The translations under genes and the position numbers were made by a program. Of a DNA stretch of 64,000 nt, positions 1-18,070 are shown one piece after another. The DNA lies in assembly GCF_009914755.1 (NCBI RefSeq), contig NC_060929.1; one strand, written 5' to 3'. Source of the stretch: the human T2T-CHM13v2.0 reference genome, Homo sapiens. Position 1 is the first letter of the stretch; each line of letters starts with the position of its first letter. The notes under the pieces were generated by a model, which was given only the letters and a program-made list of their open reading frames with translations, was not told the DNA's origin and made no database searches.

Positions 1-141
1 CAACATGGATGGAACTGAGGTCATTATGTCAAGCAAAAGAAGTAGGGCACAGAAAGACAAATATCACATGTTCTCACCTATTTGTGGAATCTAAAAATCA
101 AAACAATTGAACTCACAAAGATAGAGAGCAGAAGGATGGTT
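1..141 (+). mobile_element. L1M (L1MA/MB-like) 3' end fragment
   Basis: caacatggatggaactgaggtcattatg...gcacagaaagacaaatatcacatgttctcac is the L1 ORF2 C-terminus/3' UTR. Confidence 0.8.
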
Positions 142-789
142 CTGCCAAGTCAGAGGACTTGGTTACAGACCTGGATAAAAAAAGCGTTGGATAAGAAAAT
201 AAAAAGAGCAGCTTTGTGCTGGGGCAACCACTGACTATGAGAAAAAGATGAGCCAATGCATAGGGCCAGCTCCTAGCAATTCGCCTTTAGGAGTAAGTCC
301 GGTGGGAGGAGGTAGCTCTCTCCAGGGTGGATGGTTTGGGTTGAGTGGGCCGATGGATGCCTCCTGCTTCCTGTGGGGCTGGGTCCAGAGGCCAGAGAGG
401 AGCAAGTTCCACCTTGGATGGCTGGAGTGAAGGAAAATACCTTGAGAGAAGTGAGTTCCTGCTAAATGCTAGTGCTGCTGTGGGAAACAATGCCTTAGTT
501 TTCCACAAAAGCAAAGGCTCTGAACTAGCCAAGCTGCTCTAAGAGCTGCAATGGCCACTGTGTCCCTCACCGTCCACATGTCCTGCAACAGATGACACTC
601 GGGCTGTTGGGGCCATGAGGCTCGCAGCTCTACTTCCCTCCCCACCCCCCGCATCCTTGTACATGTGCTTCAAACAAGCCTGGTGATAGGAGTGTTTACT
701 TTGGCCTGTGTATATGACATAAAGGTTATGGTAAACTGTCCCTCATCCCATTATTCCTCTAAGTAATTAAGGTCATCCAAGTGTCTCCC

Positions 790-1995
790 ACACTTCTTCT
801 AACCCCACACTTGCCGATGTCACCAATGCCTTCCTGATTCCCAGTCCAGTAGACAGGTTTTATTCCTCACTTCCTGGGACGCAGTTGACCACTTACTATT
901 TCTTCTTGTAACTCTGCTGCCTTGGCGTGTGACACTGCTCTCTCCAGCTCTCCCTGCACCCCTCTGATTAGTCCCTCCAGGTCTCCTTAGTAGGTTTGTC
1001 TTTCTGGATCCTCTCTTAGATGCCTGTGCTTTGCAGGTTCTGTTCTTGGCCCAGCACCCTGTGGGCTGCAGGTTGTCTTCATTTGAACTACTTCTCTAAG
1101 CAGTTGTCTCTCAGATGAAATCTCCCCAGCTGTGGTCTCTTCCTTTTGGATGTCCACAGGCACTTCAGACTCCATATGCCTAAAACTGAACTCATCATCT
1201 ACCTCCCAAAAATTGCCGTTCCCTGCCCCTCAGATCCATGATCTCAGTTCATGGCACAACTGCTAACCAGCTGCTCCAAGCAGACACCCAGGAGTCAGCC
1301 TATGCTCCTTCTTCCTCGCCCTTCTCCCCACAGCCAATCGGTGACCCTATTTTGTTGGTGTGATCTCGTGTGTATTTTTAAACTCTTTCCCTCCTGTCTC
1401 TCCCCACTATCACTGCCTGGTTTAGGCACCCCTCGCCTTTCGCCTGGTCTCTCTCCCTCTAGCCAGAGTGACCATATTAAGTGCAAACCCAGTCATGCCC
1501 CAACCCTGCTCAAAATCCTTCAATGGCTCCCATCAAGAACAGAAGAAAGGCCAAGCCTCTCGACATGGCCCAGGGAGCCTCCATGACACAATCCTACCTT
1601 CTTCCTCTCCCGCCTCCCTCTACCTTGCATTTTCTCTCTAGCAATACTCTTGTGTTGGTGGCTTCCCAGCACACAGTGTGCTGGTTCATGCCTCCGTGCC
1701 TTCACCCTCACTGCTACGCAATTCCTCGCCTTCCCAACTTTCTTCTCATAGCCCCTCCTGCAGCGAGTCTCTCGTGAACCCTGAAGGGCCCTTCCTCTGG
1801 GCTCCCACATTACTTAGAGTCTACAGCTCTCTATTCACTTACTATATTATTTAGAAACTATTAATATGTCTGTCTCCAGCACTAAACTACAAGTTTCTTA
1901 AGAGCAAAGACCCTGCATTATTCATCTTTATACCTCTAGTGGCAAGCAGGTTCCTGGCACATGACAGGCGTTTCATACAGAACTGTTGGAAGGAA
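790..1995 (+). mobile_element. L2 LINE remnant
   Basis: Degenerate RT segment (cagttgaccac...cttcttg) and L2 3' end cctggcacatgacaggcgtttcatacagaactgttgg. Confidence 0.7.
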
Positions 1996-2228
1996 CTACC
2001 AGTCAGTGTGGAAGTCTTTCCTTGCTGCTGAGAGGGAAGGAGTCCTTCCACCTATATGACTATCAATGATTTTATCCACAATCACACACACACACTCCAT
2101 CTAGCATGCACCGGGGCAAACTGGCCAGCACCTCACGCATCACAGGGTCACCCTCTTCCTGGTGGGCAGCAGCTTGATCTAGAGAGTTCCGGGCAAAAGG
2201 GTGGAGAATGACCTTGAGATGTGATTCA

Positions 2229-2658
<430 letters not shown>

Positions 2659-3141
2659 TCAGAATTCTGGTTGTTTAGTGGCTTATTTCTACTTTCTCCT
2701 TATGAACTCAGGTAGTGTAATTTCATTGAGGACAGAAAGCTTTTTTAAAAGACATAACTGCAGAAAGGAAGACCAATGAAACTAGGGGAAATGCATATGC
2801 CTATTAAAAACTGTGTTAAATGCTTGAGTTTCCTAAGATGTCCTAAGAGATTTACTTGTCATGCATAGAACGGGTTTGCTCATTAGTAAGTATTTTATCT
2901 GTCATTTCATTTCTTCCTTGGGATTTAAGGGATGAGGAGACAGCAGGGTTTTGTTTTTTATTAATGGTTGTCTCACCTGCCTCAGGGTGCCTCAGCAGCT
3001 TCTCTTGGTTCTCTTGGTTCAGCTATTTCATTACTTGAGCAACATGCATTTGAAATGTATTTTGGTGCTGAGACCAGCTTTATAAACGGAGACTTGCTCT
3101 TCTTAACACCGTCATTTAATGATGAAGTCTTCATTTCCTTA

Positions 3142-3456
<315 letters not shown>

Positions 3457-4487
3457 TCAAGTTGGTAATGGGTATTGCCCTTTGAAAGGTCAGCAATGAG
3501 TAGAAACCTTTGAAAAATCTCTTTTTCAACCCGTAAGTCTTCTGTGGGGTGGTCCCAGGATATCCCCTGGGGCAGAATAAAGGCTTTGCACTTCTGCCAT
3601 ACTGGCTGCTACCTCTCCCTTTCCTCTGGCCTTTCCATGCACTCTTTCTCCTTCTCTTTTGACATCCTTGTTCTGACATGTTCTTGTCCTCTCCTTTCCT
3701 TCCTCTTCTTCCGGTGCCTTCCTTTGGAGCCAAGGGGTGCTGAACCTTCTGCCCTCTTGGCAGTGGTGAGCTTGTGGGGCCTGGGCGGGCTCACTTCACT
3801 TCCTCCCCTCCCTCATTGTGCTCTCCACCGGCACCCCTTGGGGCTTCAGAAGATAGGGTCAGACAAAAAGAAAGGGCAGAGGAGGGGCAAGGGCGGGGCT
3901 CTGCCTTTCCCTACCAGTCTGGCTCCAGGAGGCATCAAAGAGCCCAGGAAATCACTGCCAGAGAACTAAGGAAGTGTGGCTCATAAAACGCAGGGTGATT
4001 GTGGAAAGCACCAGGCAACAGGAGCAGGATCTTAAGTCTCTGCTCATACCCCATATGATCTTTAGCAAATTTCTTTCCTACTCAGAGTTGCAGCTTTCTG
4101 CTCTGTTGAGATTACATGCAGCTCCTATGAAACCGTGGACGAGAAACTGCTTAGTAAGCCACGAAGCACCGTGTCAATGTATGGCATTGTCATCAACCCT
4201 TCATTCAGCCATCATTAGTGAATACATGCTTACTAATGACTGCCTGGTCCCTGTCACCCTTTTTCCCCATCTCCTTTCCTGGAGATCTTCCAATTTAAAG
4301 AGGCCTTAGGTGTCAGCAGTTACATTCTCAATGGCCAGGTTTCTTCTCCAGCCACCGGGTTTGTTGGAAAGGATACCTAGTGTCACCAGGACTGAATGGT
4401 AATAATAAGGTGAAAATAAGTGTGCTCTAAGAAAAGACTCCTTTGCCTGTCACAGTTATAGAATTAAAATTCTTATAAGTGGATTTA

Positions 4488-4628
<141 letters not shown>

Positions 4629-4983
4629 CTAGAGAAAGAAAAGCATTTATCTTTTATTGCCTTGTTAAATTATAAAAGCACAGCATGAATTTTGCAAAAC
4701 AAATGATATGCTACATGGTTTTCTAACTCAAGTAAATAGAGCTTTTATGAGTGTTTTCACTAAACATGTTATGACTAAATTTTTTCTTAAATTATTTTTA
4801 AACTAAAAAAATCAACATAGGCGTAATTATTTCTTCATGCAATAAGATATGTGCTTTAAAAATTCTCTCTATTATTTTCCCTGATTTTAAAATTTTTCAA
4901 CAGAACTACAAAATAAGAAATTATTCATATTGATGAATGAGGAGATGGACTTTGACTCCACTGAAATCTAAACATTTCCTATC

Positions 4984-5054
4984 TTTGCAAAATTAAGAAA
5001 GCAAAGAGAGGGAATAAATTTTGCAAAATTAAGAAAGCAAAGAGAGGGAATAAA
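4984..5054. repeat. 36-bp-period tandem duplication (2 copies)
   Basis: tttgcaaaattaagaaagcaaagagagggaataaa at 4984-5018 and 5020-5054, identical. Confidence 0.95.
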
Positions 5055-5124
5055 GATGTTCTAGAGAAAGTTATCTTATACCATGATACCAATTTGGAAA
5101 TTTCATTACATGGTGAAAACATTA

Positions 5125-5712
<588 letters not shown>

Positions 5713-5807
5713 TTATAATATGCTGCTTAAAGTCCAAAACTGCCCTGGACTACCTTGTGGAATTTGGTTAGGAATGTGTAGATTGATGGCATGCACTGGT
5801 TTAACTC

Positions 5808-6090
5808 CTTTTTTTTTTTTGAAACAGGGTCTCACTCTGTTGCCCAGGCTGGAGCACAGTGGTGTAATCATAGCTTCCTGTAACCTCAAACTCTTGGGCT
5901 CAAGGGATCCTCTCAGTAGGATTGCAGGCAAACGTCACTATGCCTGGCTAATTTTTTTATATTTATTTTTTGTAGAGATGAGGGCTCACTATGTTGCCCA
6001 GGCTGGTCTCAAACTTCTGGCCTCAAGCAATCCTTCCTTCTCAGCCTCCCAAAGCACTCAGATTATAAGTGTGAGCCACTGCACCCAGCC
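5808..6090 (-). mobile_element. AluJ
   Basis: Antisense Alu with J-type gggctcaag / actatgttgcccagg. Confidence 0.88.
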
Positions 6091-6750
6091 TGATTTAACA
6101 ATTTTTGTAGTGTTGTTTTAGTTGTGTGACTAGCAGGGTATACAAGACTGCTTGGTAAACTTGTGTGTTGGTTCTCCTGAAACCAAGATACCTCGCATAT
6201 GTTTTGGTGATTTCTGTTCTGCAGAAGTACATCTTGTGTTACTAAGGCCCCAGCAGCATGGCTGTGCCTGGAGACCTCCACCCTCTCTGAGGCTGGCCTG
6301 TGCTTGCTTTCTCCCTCCGCACCATCTGCTTTAGCTTAGTAAGGCTTTGCATGAGTGTACCCTGTGGAGTCTTGCAAGTCCCTTCAATGATCTGGCCTGT
6401 GCAATTGTTGAACTAAGTCTGGTTAATCATTGCCAATTTCTTTTTTGTTTTTTAATCAGGGTACATTATGCTTTGAACCAACTTCATCCTAAAATAAACT
6501 CACTGTGAACAGAAATTCAAGTAGTCCTATGGGTTCAAACCAAACCACTGATTTTTCATGGGTCTCTTTGTGATGAGCTGCTGAACCAGCATATTAGCAA
6601 CTAGGAAATAAGTTAGTCTGGAAAGGTGCTTTACAATTAAGGTTATCTGAACCAACCAATTATGTTAGCACCATAATGGATCTGATTTTCCACTTTCAGA
6701 ACCCAGTTCTCCAGTCTCAAGAGAGATTGGACTGAAGTGTGACTATTATA

Positions 6751-7104
<354 letters not shown>

Positions 7105-7518
7105 TGAGGCTGGAGGGGGAATATGACGGTCTTCCTCTGCTGCCCCTCGCAAAGGAATGGGATTGCAAGGTGTATTCCTTTGTCACTTGCGCTCAGATAC
7201 GGGCACCTGCACCCATCCCCTATTCTCTCACTTCCAAGAGTCTGGAGATTTGTGGGGATGCCAGGAAAAACAGAATGGTTGGGAAGACTATCTCAGTGTC
7301 TCAGATTTTAGTGAACACAGGCTCCGTGGGATGCTTTGGCAAAGTACAGATTCCAAGATTCCACACTAGTGATTCTAATTTAGTAGGTCCATGATATGGC
7401 CCAGAAAACTGCATTTTAAAAAATAGAATTAGCTGATATGAACTTCCATTTGAAAAATAACACCCTTGGGCAATATGAATTTGCCTTGCAACATGTTTAA
7501 TGTTAGACTGAGAGTGCA

Positions 7519-7612
7519 GGCCAGGCTCCATAGCTCACACCTCAGAACTTTGGGAGATCAAGGCAGGCAGATCACCTGTGGTCAGGAGCTTGAGACCAAC
7601 CTGACCAACATG
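7519..7612 (+). mobile_element. truncated Alu left monomer
   Basis: ggccaggctccatagctcacac...accaacatg followed by an abrupt end. Confidence 0.75.
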
Positions 7613-8344
7613 ACTCCTCCTTGCTTCAGAGTAGAGCTAGGAGAAGCCACTGTGTCTAGCTCTGGGATGATCCTTGGAGTGAAAGACTCATATTCCAGAT
7701 TGAATTATCACAGTGTTTAGACTAAATGGGACCCTCCTCCAGGCACCCTGACACTGAAAAAAAAAAGCCAAGAAATTGTAAGGAGCAAATCTCCAGCAGC
7801 CTCCAGATGAGTGGATCTGGATCGTGTCCAGGCAGCCGGCTAGGCAAGCTCATCAGGCCAAAGTATCACTTCGGAGGGTGTTTTCACCCCACATGCCCAG
7901 AAGCTTATTTTTAAACTTCAATAACTCAGCAATGTTGACAGTTTTCCTTCAGGTATTAACAGTGGTTAATCTATAACATGCAACTGCTTGCTAAATTGCT
8001 CTTGCTTTTTTAAAAAAAGATTTTATTTTAAGTCAATTTTGAGTTATATGACCACAAATGAAAAGCACTAAACCAGTAGGCAGTATTTTAAAGAAACCAA
8101 TATGACCTTCAGATCATTTAAAACAATGTGGATTTTTTTTTGTATTTTACAAACTTTCTATATCGTCTTTTCTCTAAGGTACTTTTCTGTAAAGTTCCTA
8201 TTCCTCTGATGTTACCACAGAGTGATAACTTTTGCAATAAATATTGGTGAATAACAAATCTTGGGGAAGTATATCTCATGGAAAGAAGAAGTGTCATTTT
8301 TTTCTATAACATTCTGATGCAATTGTTACTATGTCCCTGAATTA

Positions 8345-8479
<135 letters not shown>

Positions 8480-8794
8480 CTAAAATGAAAAAAAGATAAA
8501 TAAATACACTCTTGGCCAGTTCAGATTTCAGCATTCAAAATTTAGTCATATGTATGCACCATTACCTTCTTTCATTTTAAAAATGAAACCAGAATTTTAA
8601 TTTATTTTTAAGCAATAGAATTATTTCAATGATGTTCTATAACACTGGACAATTAGCTTTTTTCTGATTATAAAAATTATTTATTTACCATGTCAAATTT
8701 ATGGAATCTGACTATCCAGAGTATATATTATCAGTAATCCCATCACCCAGAGATAATAATTATTAAATTTTAGGTGAATTTTCTTCTAGCTTTT

Positions 8795-9316
<522 letters not shown>

Positions 9317-11045
9317 TGTTCCAATTTTTAAAAATTTGGCATTATATGAAAGCTCTTTTAAATTTCATGATTACTAAATATGCTTTTGAAAACAAGATAT
9401 TGGTGTCTGCCTTATAAAACCACCAGAGAGATGTACCATAACTTTTTTTAGCCTTTACTCTCAGAGTTTTTTTTCCTTTTTTTAAATGTCTCTAGGCAGC
9501 ATAGTCTCAGAGTTTCATAACCAAGCTAACACGGACAGAATTGCATCATGTATTTACAGCTTTGTTTCTGTGATTAATTTTTCAGGAGTAATAAGAAGGT
9601 AGCTGAGACACTTTATGTTGATACTAAAATGGGCTAGATTTCCCCCTGTGTGAAGAGCGCTGAAGCTTGGTCCTCAGGATTGCACTTCGCAGAAGTGTTG
9701 GTAAACTCAGGTACTTGTCTTTAGATTCTGGCTAATAAACCTTTTCCCTACATATTTCAGATGAGTAATACTATCTTCTGAAAATAATGAGCTATCTCAG
9801 GCACAGCTCAGCACTATGTTATCAACGATAAAGAATATCCGTATCTGTATCTTTACTGTGTACACCATGTAAAAAGAATAATCAATAATCTATGACTCAT
9901 TTTAAGTCACTCAATTCATAAATGCAAATTAGTATTTACATGGTAAATCCTAAATTAACTAGATGATGATTAGCCAAAATTAAACTATCTATTCCCAACT
10001 CTCAACCCTCAATCCCACACAGCTTTCTGCTTTTAGAGAAATGGACAAATGAAAAATAAAATAAAATACCTAACAGTAAAAACAAAGCAACAATTCTGGA
10101 GTGTTAAAATAAGTTCTAAACACTGTCTTCTACTAGAAGAGTTAACTTAGTTATATGTGATTACCAAATGTTTCAAAAACATATGCCAGGGAGAATTTCA
10201 TTGTGTTATAAGAGATTAGGTAAGATTGGAATTACATCCTGTGAAAACAACTAGAAAACTGGACAAAATATAGGAAGCATCTACTTTCACACCTACGAAA
10301 ATAGGCAACACAGGACTGTGATCCCCAAGGCGGGAAAAACAACGAGAGCACTGCGTTCCCAGGTTCTCAGGCTGAAGGTAATTTACGGTTAGGTTAGAGA
10401 AGAAAAACCTAACTCTGCTGAATTGAATGGAGCTAAAATTTGTGGGTTAGAGTACCAGAGAAGGAAACTAAAAAAAAAGAGAAAGAATTCCAGAAATATG
10501 CCTGTGAGTCTTTGGGTTGATACTAACTGGACCATATACAGGGTGAAACCCCAGACAAGAACAGCTTCTGAGGAACAAGCAATTCCTGGGAAACTGTAAC
10601 ATGGACAATTCCAAGAACTCACACACAGCTGGGGATCTTTTGAGTTCTCTCCAGCCAGATTTCACTGAATATATAACACCTTCATAGACATAACAGAAGA
10701 TCCCAACTTAGAAGAGGGGCTAAAGTAGCCCTAAAGTAGAGTATTCTAAATCTTCCATAGAAGAGTTTAAAACGTATCTTTAAAGGCTCAAACCAATCTG
10801 CAAGTAACAACATCTTCCTGCCAGGAAAAGTCTGACACTCTTTTTAAAGAAATATAACAAAAGCCAGCACTAAACAATATAAAATTCACAATGTTCAGCA
10901 TCGAGTAAAAAATATTAGATGCAAGAAAATTATTAGGTGAAAGGTAATATAAATAAAACAACAGATAACAGAAATGATGGAATAACAACAAAGGATACTA
11001 AAACAACAATTAAATATAAGCACCATGAACTCAGAGATTTGGAAA

Positions 11046-11246
11046 AGGAGTCAGCAATATCTTCTTAAAGGATAAGGCCAGATAGTAAATATTTTAAGTT
11101 TTGTGGTCACATGGACTCTATTGCCACTACTCAACTCTGTCAATGTACTGTGATAGCAAACACAGACAAAACATAAATTAATGGGTGTACTACAAAAAAT
11201 TTTTATTCATAAAAACAGGTCTATAGGCCATAGTTTGCTGACTCCT
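11046..11246 (-). mobile_element. MER58A hAT-Charlie DNA transposon
   Basis: Terminal inverted repeats aggagtcagcaa / ttgctgactcct; internal ggccagatagtaaatatttt. Confidence 0.8.
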
Positions 11247-12597
11247 AATATAGAGAAAAAGATGAAAATAATGAGGAAAGAACGGAAAATATAAAAAAAT
11301 CAAAGTGGACTTTCTAAGGTAAAAAAATACAACATCTGAAATAAAAAACAAACCAGATAAGATTAACAGCAGTTTAGTTAATGCAGGGGAAAAAGTCAGT
11401 GAAGCTGAAGATGACAAAAGAAGCTACACAGAATGTAGCATGAAGAGAAAGGAAGACTGAAAGAAGAAAAACGAACAGTATCAGTGACCCGTGGAACACT
11501 AACAAGAAGTCTAAAACTCTATAAAGTCCAAAAGGAGAGAGAGCACAAAAGACAGGAAAAAAGTTTGAAGATATAATAGCTGAAAAAATCCACATTTCTT
11601 AGAAACTATAAATCCATAGATCCAGTAGCTCTAGAAACCCAAGCCATATCATAATTTACATAAGTCTGCTGCCAGGCTAGAATTCTATACCTACTGAATA
11701 TGAGCATCTTTTAAATATGAAGATGAAACAAACACATTTTTACACGAACAAAAGCTGAAAAAGAAATGCTAAAGGAATATCTTCAGACAGAAGGAAAATG
11801 ACACTAGGGAGACATCTGGAGATACACAATACGCAAAAGAATAAAGAACACCAGAAATGGCAAATATGTGGGTATATATAAAAAATACTTCTTTTCATTT
11901 CTATTCTTTTTAAAAGATGATTGACTGTTTAAAACATAAATAATAACTATGTATTGTAGGGTTTACCTCCTACATATGTGCATGTAAAAGGCATGACAAT
12001 AACGGCACAAAGGCTGGGACATGGGAAGGGAAGTGTGTGTACTGTTATAAGGTTATTACACTATACTCAAAGGGATATTATATTATTCGAAGGTAGTCTC
12101 AGATAAGTTAAGTAGTCATATTGCAAACCCGAGAAAAACATTAAAACCAAAACAAATATGTATAGTTAAAACACCAACAGTGGAGATAAAATGGATTACT
12201 AAAAATTACTCTGCTCTAAAAAATGCAGGAAAAGATGGGGACAGGAAGAAACAAAGAACAGATGGAAGAAATAGAAGACAAACAGCCAGATGATAGATTT
12301 CAACTCTACCATATAGATAATCAAATGTAAATAGTTTAAATACTCCAGGTAGAAGGCAGAGATTGTTAGAATAAATAAAAAAATAGCATCCAAATATATT
12401 CTGTTTATAAGAAACCCACTTACATGTACAAAAAGACAGGTTAAGAGAAAAATGATGGGGAAAAAAACACTAAACCAAAGAAAGCTTGTCTGGCTAAATT
12501 AATGTCAGACAAAGTAGATTTTAAAACAAAAACCAGAGATAAAAAGGCAAACTTCATAATGATAAAAGGGTCACAACATCAGGAAGAGTTAAGAATC

Positions 12598-12904
12598 CTG
12601 GCAGGGCACGGTGGCTCATGCCTGTAATCCCAGCACTTTGGGAGGCCAAGGTGAACAGATCACCTGAGGTCAGGAGTTCAAGACCAGCCTGGCCAACATG
12701 GTGAAATCCTTTCTCTACTAAAAATACAAAAATTAGCTGGGCGTGGTGGTGCACATGTGTAATCCCAGCTATTTGAGAGGCTGAGGCAAGAGAATCACTT
12801 GAACCCGGGAGGCGGAGCTTGCAGGGAGCCAAGATCGCACCACCGCACTACAGCCTGGGAGACAGTTCAAGACTCCATCTCAAAAAATAATAATAATAAT
12901 AATA
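12598..12904 (+). mobile_element. AluS with (AAT)n tail
   Basis: Alu consensus. Confidence 0.93.
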
Positions 12905-14586
12905 CAGAAGACTTGAACAACACTGTGAACCAAGTTAGGCTAACTGACATCTGCAGAATACTTCATTGACTATAAGCAACACATTCTTTTCAAGCACATA
13001 TAGAACATTCACCAAAATAGTCCATATTTTGGGTCATTAAAAAAGTCTAAATAAATTTAAAATAATTGAAATTATACAAATTATGTTCTCTCTCTGCAAA
13101 GGAATTAAATTATAAATCAAAAACATAAAGATGTATCTGGAAAAATCATCAGAGATTTGGAAATTAAACAACACACATCTAGACAGACTAGAGGTCAGGG
13201 AAGAATTTACAAGAAAAAAAGGACATATTTTGATGCAGGTAAAGCAATATATTGAAGAAAATTTTACGATCTTAAATGCTTATATTTGAAAAAAAGAAAA
13301 GTTTAATCAATTTCCCAAGATTCTACCTTAAGACACTAGAAAAAGAAAGGCAAATTAAACCCAAAATAAATAGAATGAGAATAATATAATAACCAACAGC
13401 AGAAATCAAATATATTATGCTAAGTAAAATAAATTAGACACAAAAATTATATATACTATATCATTCCATTTATACAAAATACAGTAAAGGGCAAAAAAGA
13501 AAAAAAAAAGGGTACTGACCTGAAGTAAATGAGTGGTTGTCACAAGCTGGGGTCTGAGAGAGCTGATTGCAAAGGGGCATAAAGGGGCTTCGTGTAGTGA
13601 TGGGAACGTTGTATATTACAGTGGTGGTGATCCAACTGTATAACTTTGTCAAAGCTCAGCAAAATGTATACTTAAAATGGGAGAATTTTAATGTTGTAAA
13701 TTATATCTCAATAAAACTGATTCTTAAAGACATATTCTAAGGACAAAAAAAAAAAAACTCACACTCATATAATGTGCTCTTAGTGCAAATGAGACAATAT
13801 CATCTATTAATAGTAATGCATCACACACCTTCCAGAGGTGGGAAGAGGGAAGAGACTGATCAGTAGAGTCTGAGAATCCCCTGGAAGTAGGTTTGGCACA
13901 GAGCAGAGTTCCTGCTTGCTTTGGATTCAGGGAGAAGTCAGTCATTTATTTCTGCTCAGCAAATTAGCAGAGGGCTGGCCTCAGTTGTGGCAGGAAACTG
14001 AAATTGAACAGGAAGACGCTAAAGGACATGTCCAGTTTGAAAAAGTAAAAATAAAAATGTTTAGTTGGCATCTATATTTAAGGAAAAAAATCCAAGAAAT
14101 TTCTACCAGGTGGTAGAAAGTATGACAAAATTTAGAGGCTGCCTGGTCATGATTTGCAGAAGATGAAAGAGAACAAAATTCTGCACGGCGGATCAGGCCT
14201 GGAAAGTCAGTGGAGGCTAGGGTTTACTTTCCCCAGCATCAGAAATCTGTGGTTTCAAACTCACTGGGTTTTACTTTTGTTTTCTTAGCTTTTAGATAAG
14301 CCTCCTTTAGAAATTCTAGCCTGTCTTAGGGAAGAGGAGGAAAAGGAGAAATGTAAAGGAGGTTTTATCTATATTTGGACTGTCTATCAGGAGAATGTGT
14401 GGCCCTCAGGAGACAGGCCAAGCCCAGAGGCTCCTGTGTGCAAAGGCTAAGAGCCCCACAGTTGAATAAACGCTCCAGAAACACCATTTGCTGACAGAGC
14501 TTGTTTTCTTCACGACATTTCCTTTCTGCTTTCTTCAAGTGCTTTGTATTCTGCTTATTTGGATACTGCTAGAAAGTGAACACATC

Positions 14587-15396
<810 letters not shown>

Positions 15397-15834
15397 AACT
15401 CTTCCATGTCTTCATGCCCAGAGATTGAAGGGACTGATCCTGAGCAACCTGGGAGGTACAATATGAGATCCAGCAACTCCTTTCCTGCTAATTTAACCTG
15501 AATGGAGATCTCAAGAGCCCCTGAGAATCCAGTATTCACAATGGTAGAGAAAATAAAATCAAGTGGATGCAGAATAAAAATCTTCTAAATTTACCTTCTT
15601 ACTAAAGTCCAGTTATCCTGCTTTTAAAAAACTAGTTAATCATGGGACTAGTTTCTGTCAGAGGTTGAGGGGATGGAGAACAAACAGAATTAGAATAATA
15701 GTAGAGTCAGCATAATTAAGAAATAAAAACCATGCTTTATAAAGAATTAAGACTGTCCTTTTCTCTTGCAGGTTTACTTTCTGTATATCCTTCTATGTAG
15801 AAATAGTGTACTGTATCATGTTTAAATGTGTTGG

Positions 15835-16146
<312 letters not shown>

Positions 16147-16339
16147 TGAATTTTAGCTGGGAAACAGTGGAAACATCTGCTGCTTATTATTTACCTGTGA
16201 CCTGACTACACATTCCAGAGCCTTCTGAAATAGAGAATCTCACTAACTCCAAATATTAGTCTAGGCCTCCTGCTCTACCCTTTGTAAACAATGAAGAAGT
16301 GAGCACCAACAGGCAGATGTTTGAAAAGGTGCCTCTTAC

Positions 16340-16400
16340 CTCCATGCTTGTGCTGAATGCTCTAGTAACTTTTGCTTTGATGGTTATAACTTGTCCAACT
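16340..16400 (-). CDS. ACOT12: ACOT12 coding exon 3 (VGQVITIKAKVTRAFSTSME)
   Basis: ttttccctag| acceptor, GAG|GTAAGA donor; 61 nt, phase 2 to 0; peptide appears inside ORF-track entry 16256..16441. Confidence 0.96.
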
Positions 16401-18070
16401 CTAGGGAAAAACAAACAAAAAAACCTCAGTAGTTTTAGCACATTTCATTTCAGATAAGACTTAAAGATTACTTAAATGCATGCCATAAAGCAGTTCCACC
16501 TTATCATGCTGATAATTTTCATGCATGCGAAATTCAGGTTAATGATAATGGAAAAAGACAACACTTAAAAACAAAGGCCGATAACTGTAAACCACACTTA
16601 TGGTGTTAGCGGACCACCAATATTTAAACAGAAAAGAGACTTTGCAGAGATAGTGTGCGACATGACTCCAAATCGGCAACACATACTGACTATACAGCAG
16701 CTGTTTCCCCAAGAGAAGTTAAGGAAAATACACCAGCAAATCTATACAGCTGGTATTTATTTTTGAATGTTAGTTAATACATAAATGGACAAATATACAA
16801 AAAGGCAAGCAAGCAAACTGATCAGCTTCAGTAGGTTTGTATGGGCCCTCAATGATGCTAGGTGGTCTACTCACTTCCTACTATTATTGAAACTTCGATC
16901 ATGTAACCTGAAGTTGTTCCAAAACTTTTGTATTCAGGCCCTTCAGTCAGCTCTAATTCCTTCCCCTTAGCAGAAGGTAAGAGGTAACCCAATAGAAGCC
17001 CCCTGGATTTTTCTTCCTTAACTTCAATGTTAAACTGCATTTGCACCTTTCTCTTTGCTCTTCTGTTTCAGGGAAAGAGGGATCTCTTGAGACCTAATCT
17101 CTTTCTTTACCTGTGCCATTGGTCCCATCCTCCAGTGGCCCTGTCCCCTCCCTTGTTGGCTCTGCCTCATCAGCTCTGTTCTCTTTTCTGCCTTCAATCT
17201 CTGCCTCTTCCCTGAATCTCCATCAGTCTATGACAATGCTCAAAGCTTCTCCTTTCTAAAATTTTTCTCTCAAACCTATTCTATCTCAAGTTGCTTTTCT
17301 TTTCTTCAATTCAAACTTCCTAAAAACATCGTTTATTTTTCTGACTTATACATTTCACTAATGTTTACTGAGTTAATTGGCATTTTACTGAGTAGTCCTG
17401 GCATTAAGCCAGGTCTAAAGATACAGTGATGAATAAGACAAAACTACTGACTTCAAGGAGACCAATCTTTCCTTGGGATGCTGGGATGTAAATAGATAAA
17501 GCCCAAAAGATTACCAAGGAATTATTGATAATTCATTAACAATAAAAAATCCCTGTCATTAATTAAATGAAATTTAATGTTTCTCAGTGTGGCCATACTA
17601 ATAACAATGACTACTCTCTACTGAATGTTGTGTGTAAATCAGGCACCATGGGATTTGCTGGCAAGATGGCCGAACAGGAGCAGCTCCAGTCTGCAGCTAT
17701 CAGCGAGATCGATGCAGAAGGGGGGTGATTTTTCTGCATTTCCAAATGAGGTACCCAGTTCATCTCATTGAGACTGGTTGGACAGTGGGTGCAGCCCATG
17801 GAGGGTGAGCCGAAGCAAGGTGGGTCATCACCCTACCAGGGAAGTGCAAGGGGTCAGGGGATTTCCCTCCCCTAGCCAAGGGAAGCCATGAAGGACTGTG
17901 CTGTGAGGAATGGTGCACTCTGGCCCAGATACTGAGCTTTTCCCATGGTCTTTGCAACCCGCAGACCAGGAGATTCCCTCCGGTGCCTAGGCCATCAGGA
18001 CCCTGGGTTTCAAGCACAAAACTGGGCGGCCATTTGGGGAGACACCGAGCTAGCTGCAGGAGTGTTTTTT

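Larger units (their letters stand above)
10200..13722 (+). mobile_element. old L1M element remnant (5' region, ORF1/ORF2 pieces, 3' end), interrupted by MER58 and an Alu
   Basis: A-rich sense strand; degenerate EN-domain text (aaatgtaaatagtttaaatactcca, cagacaaagtagatttt); L1M 3' end gtaaattatatctcaataaaactg. Confidence 0.75.
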
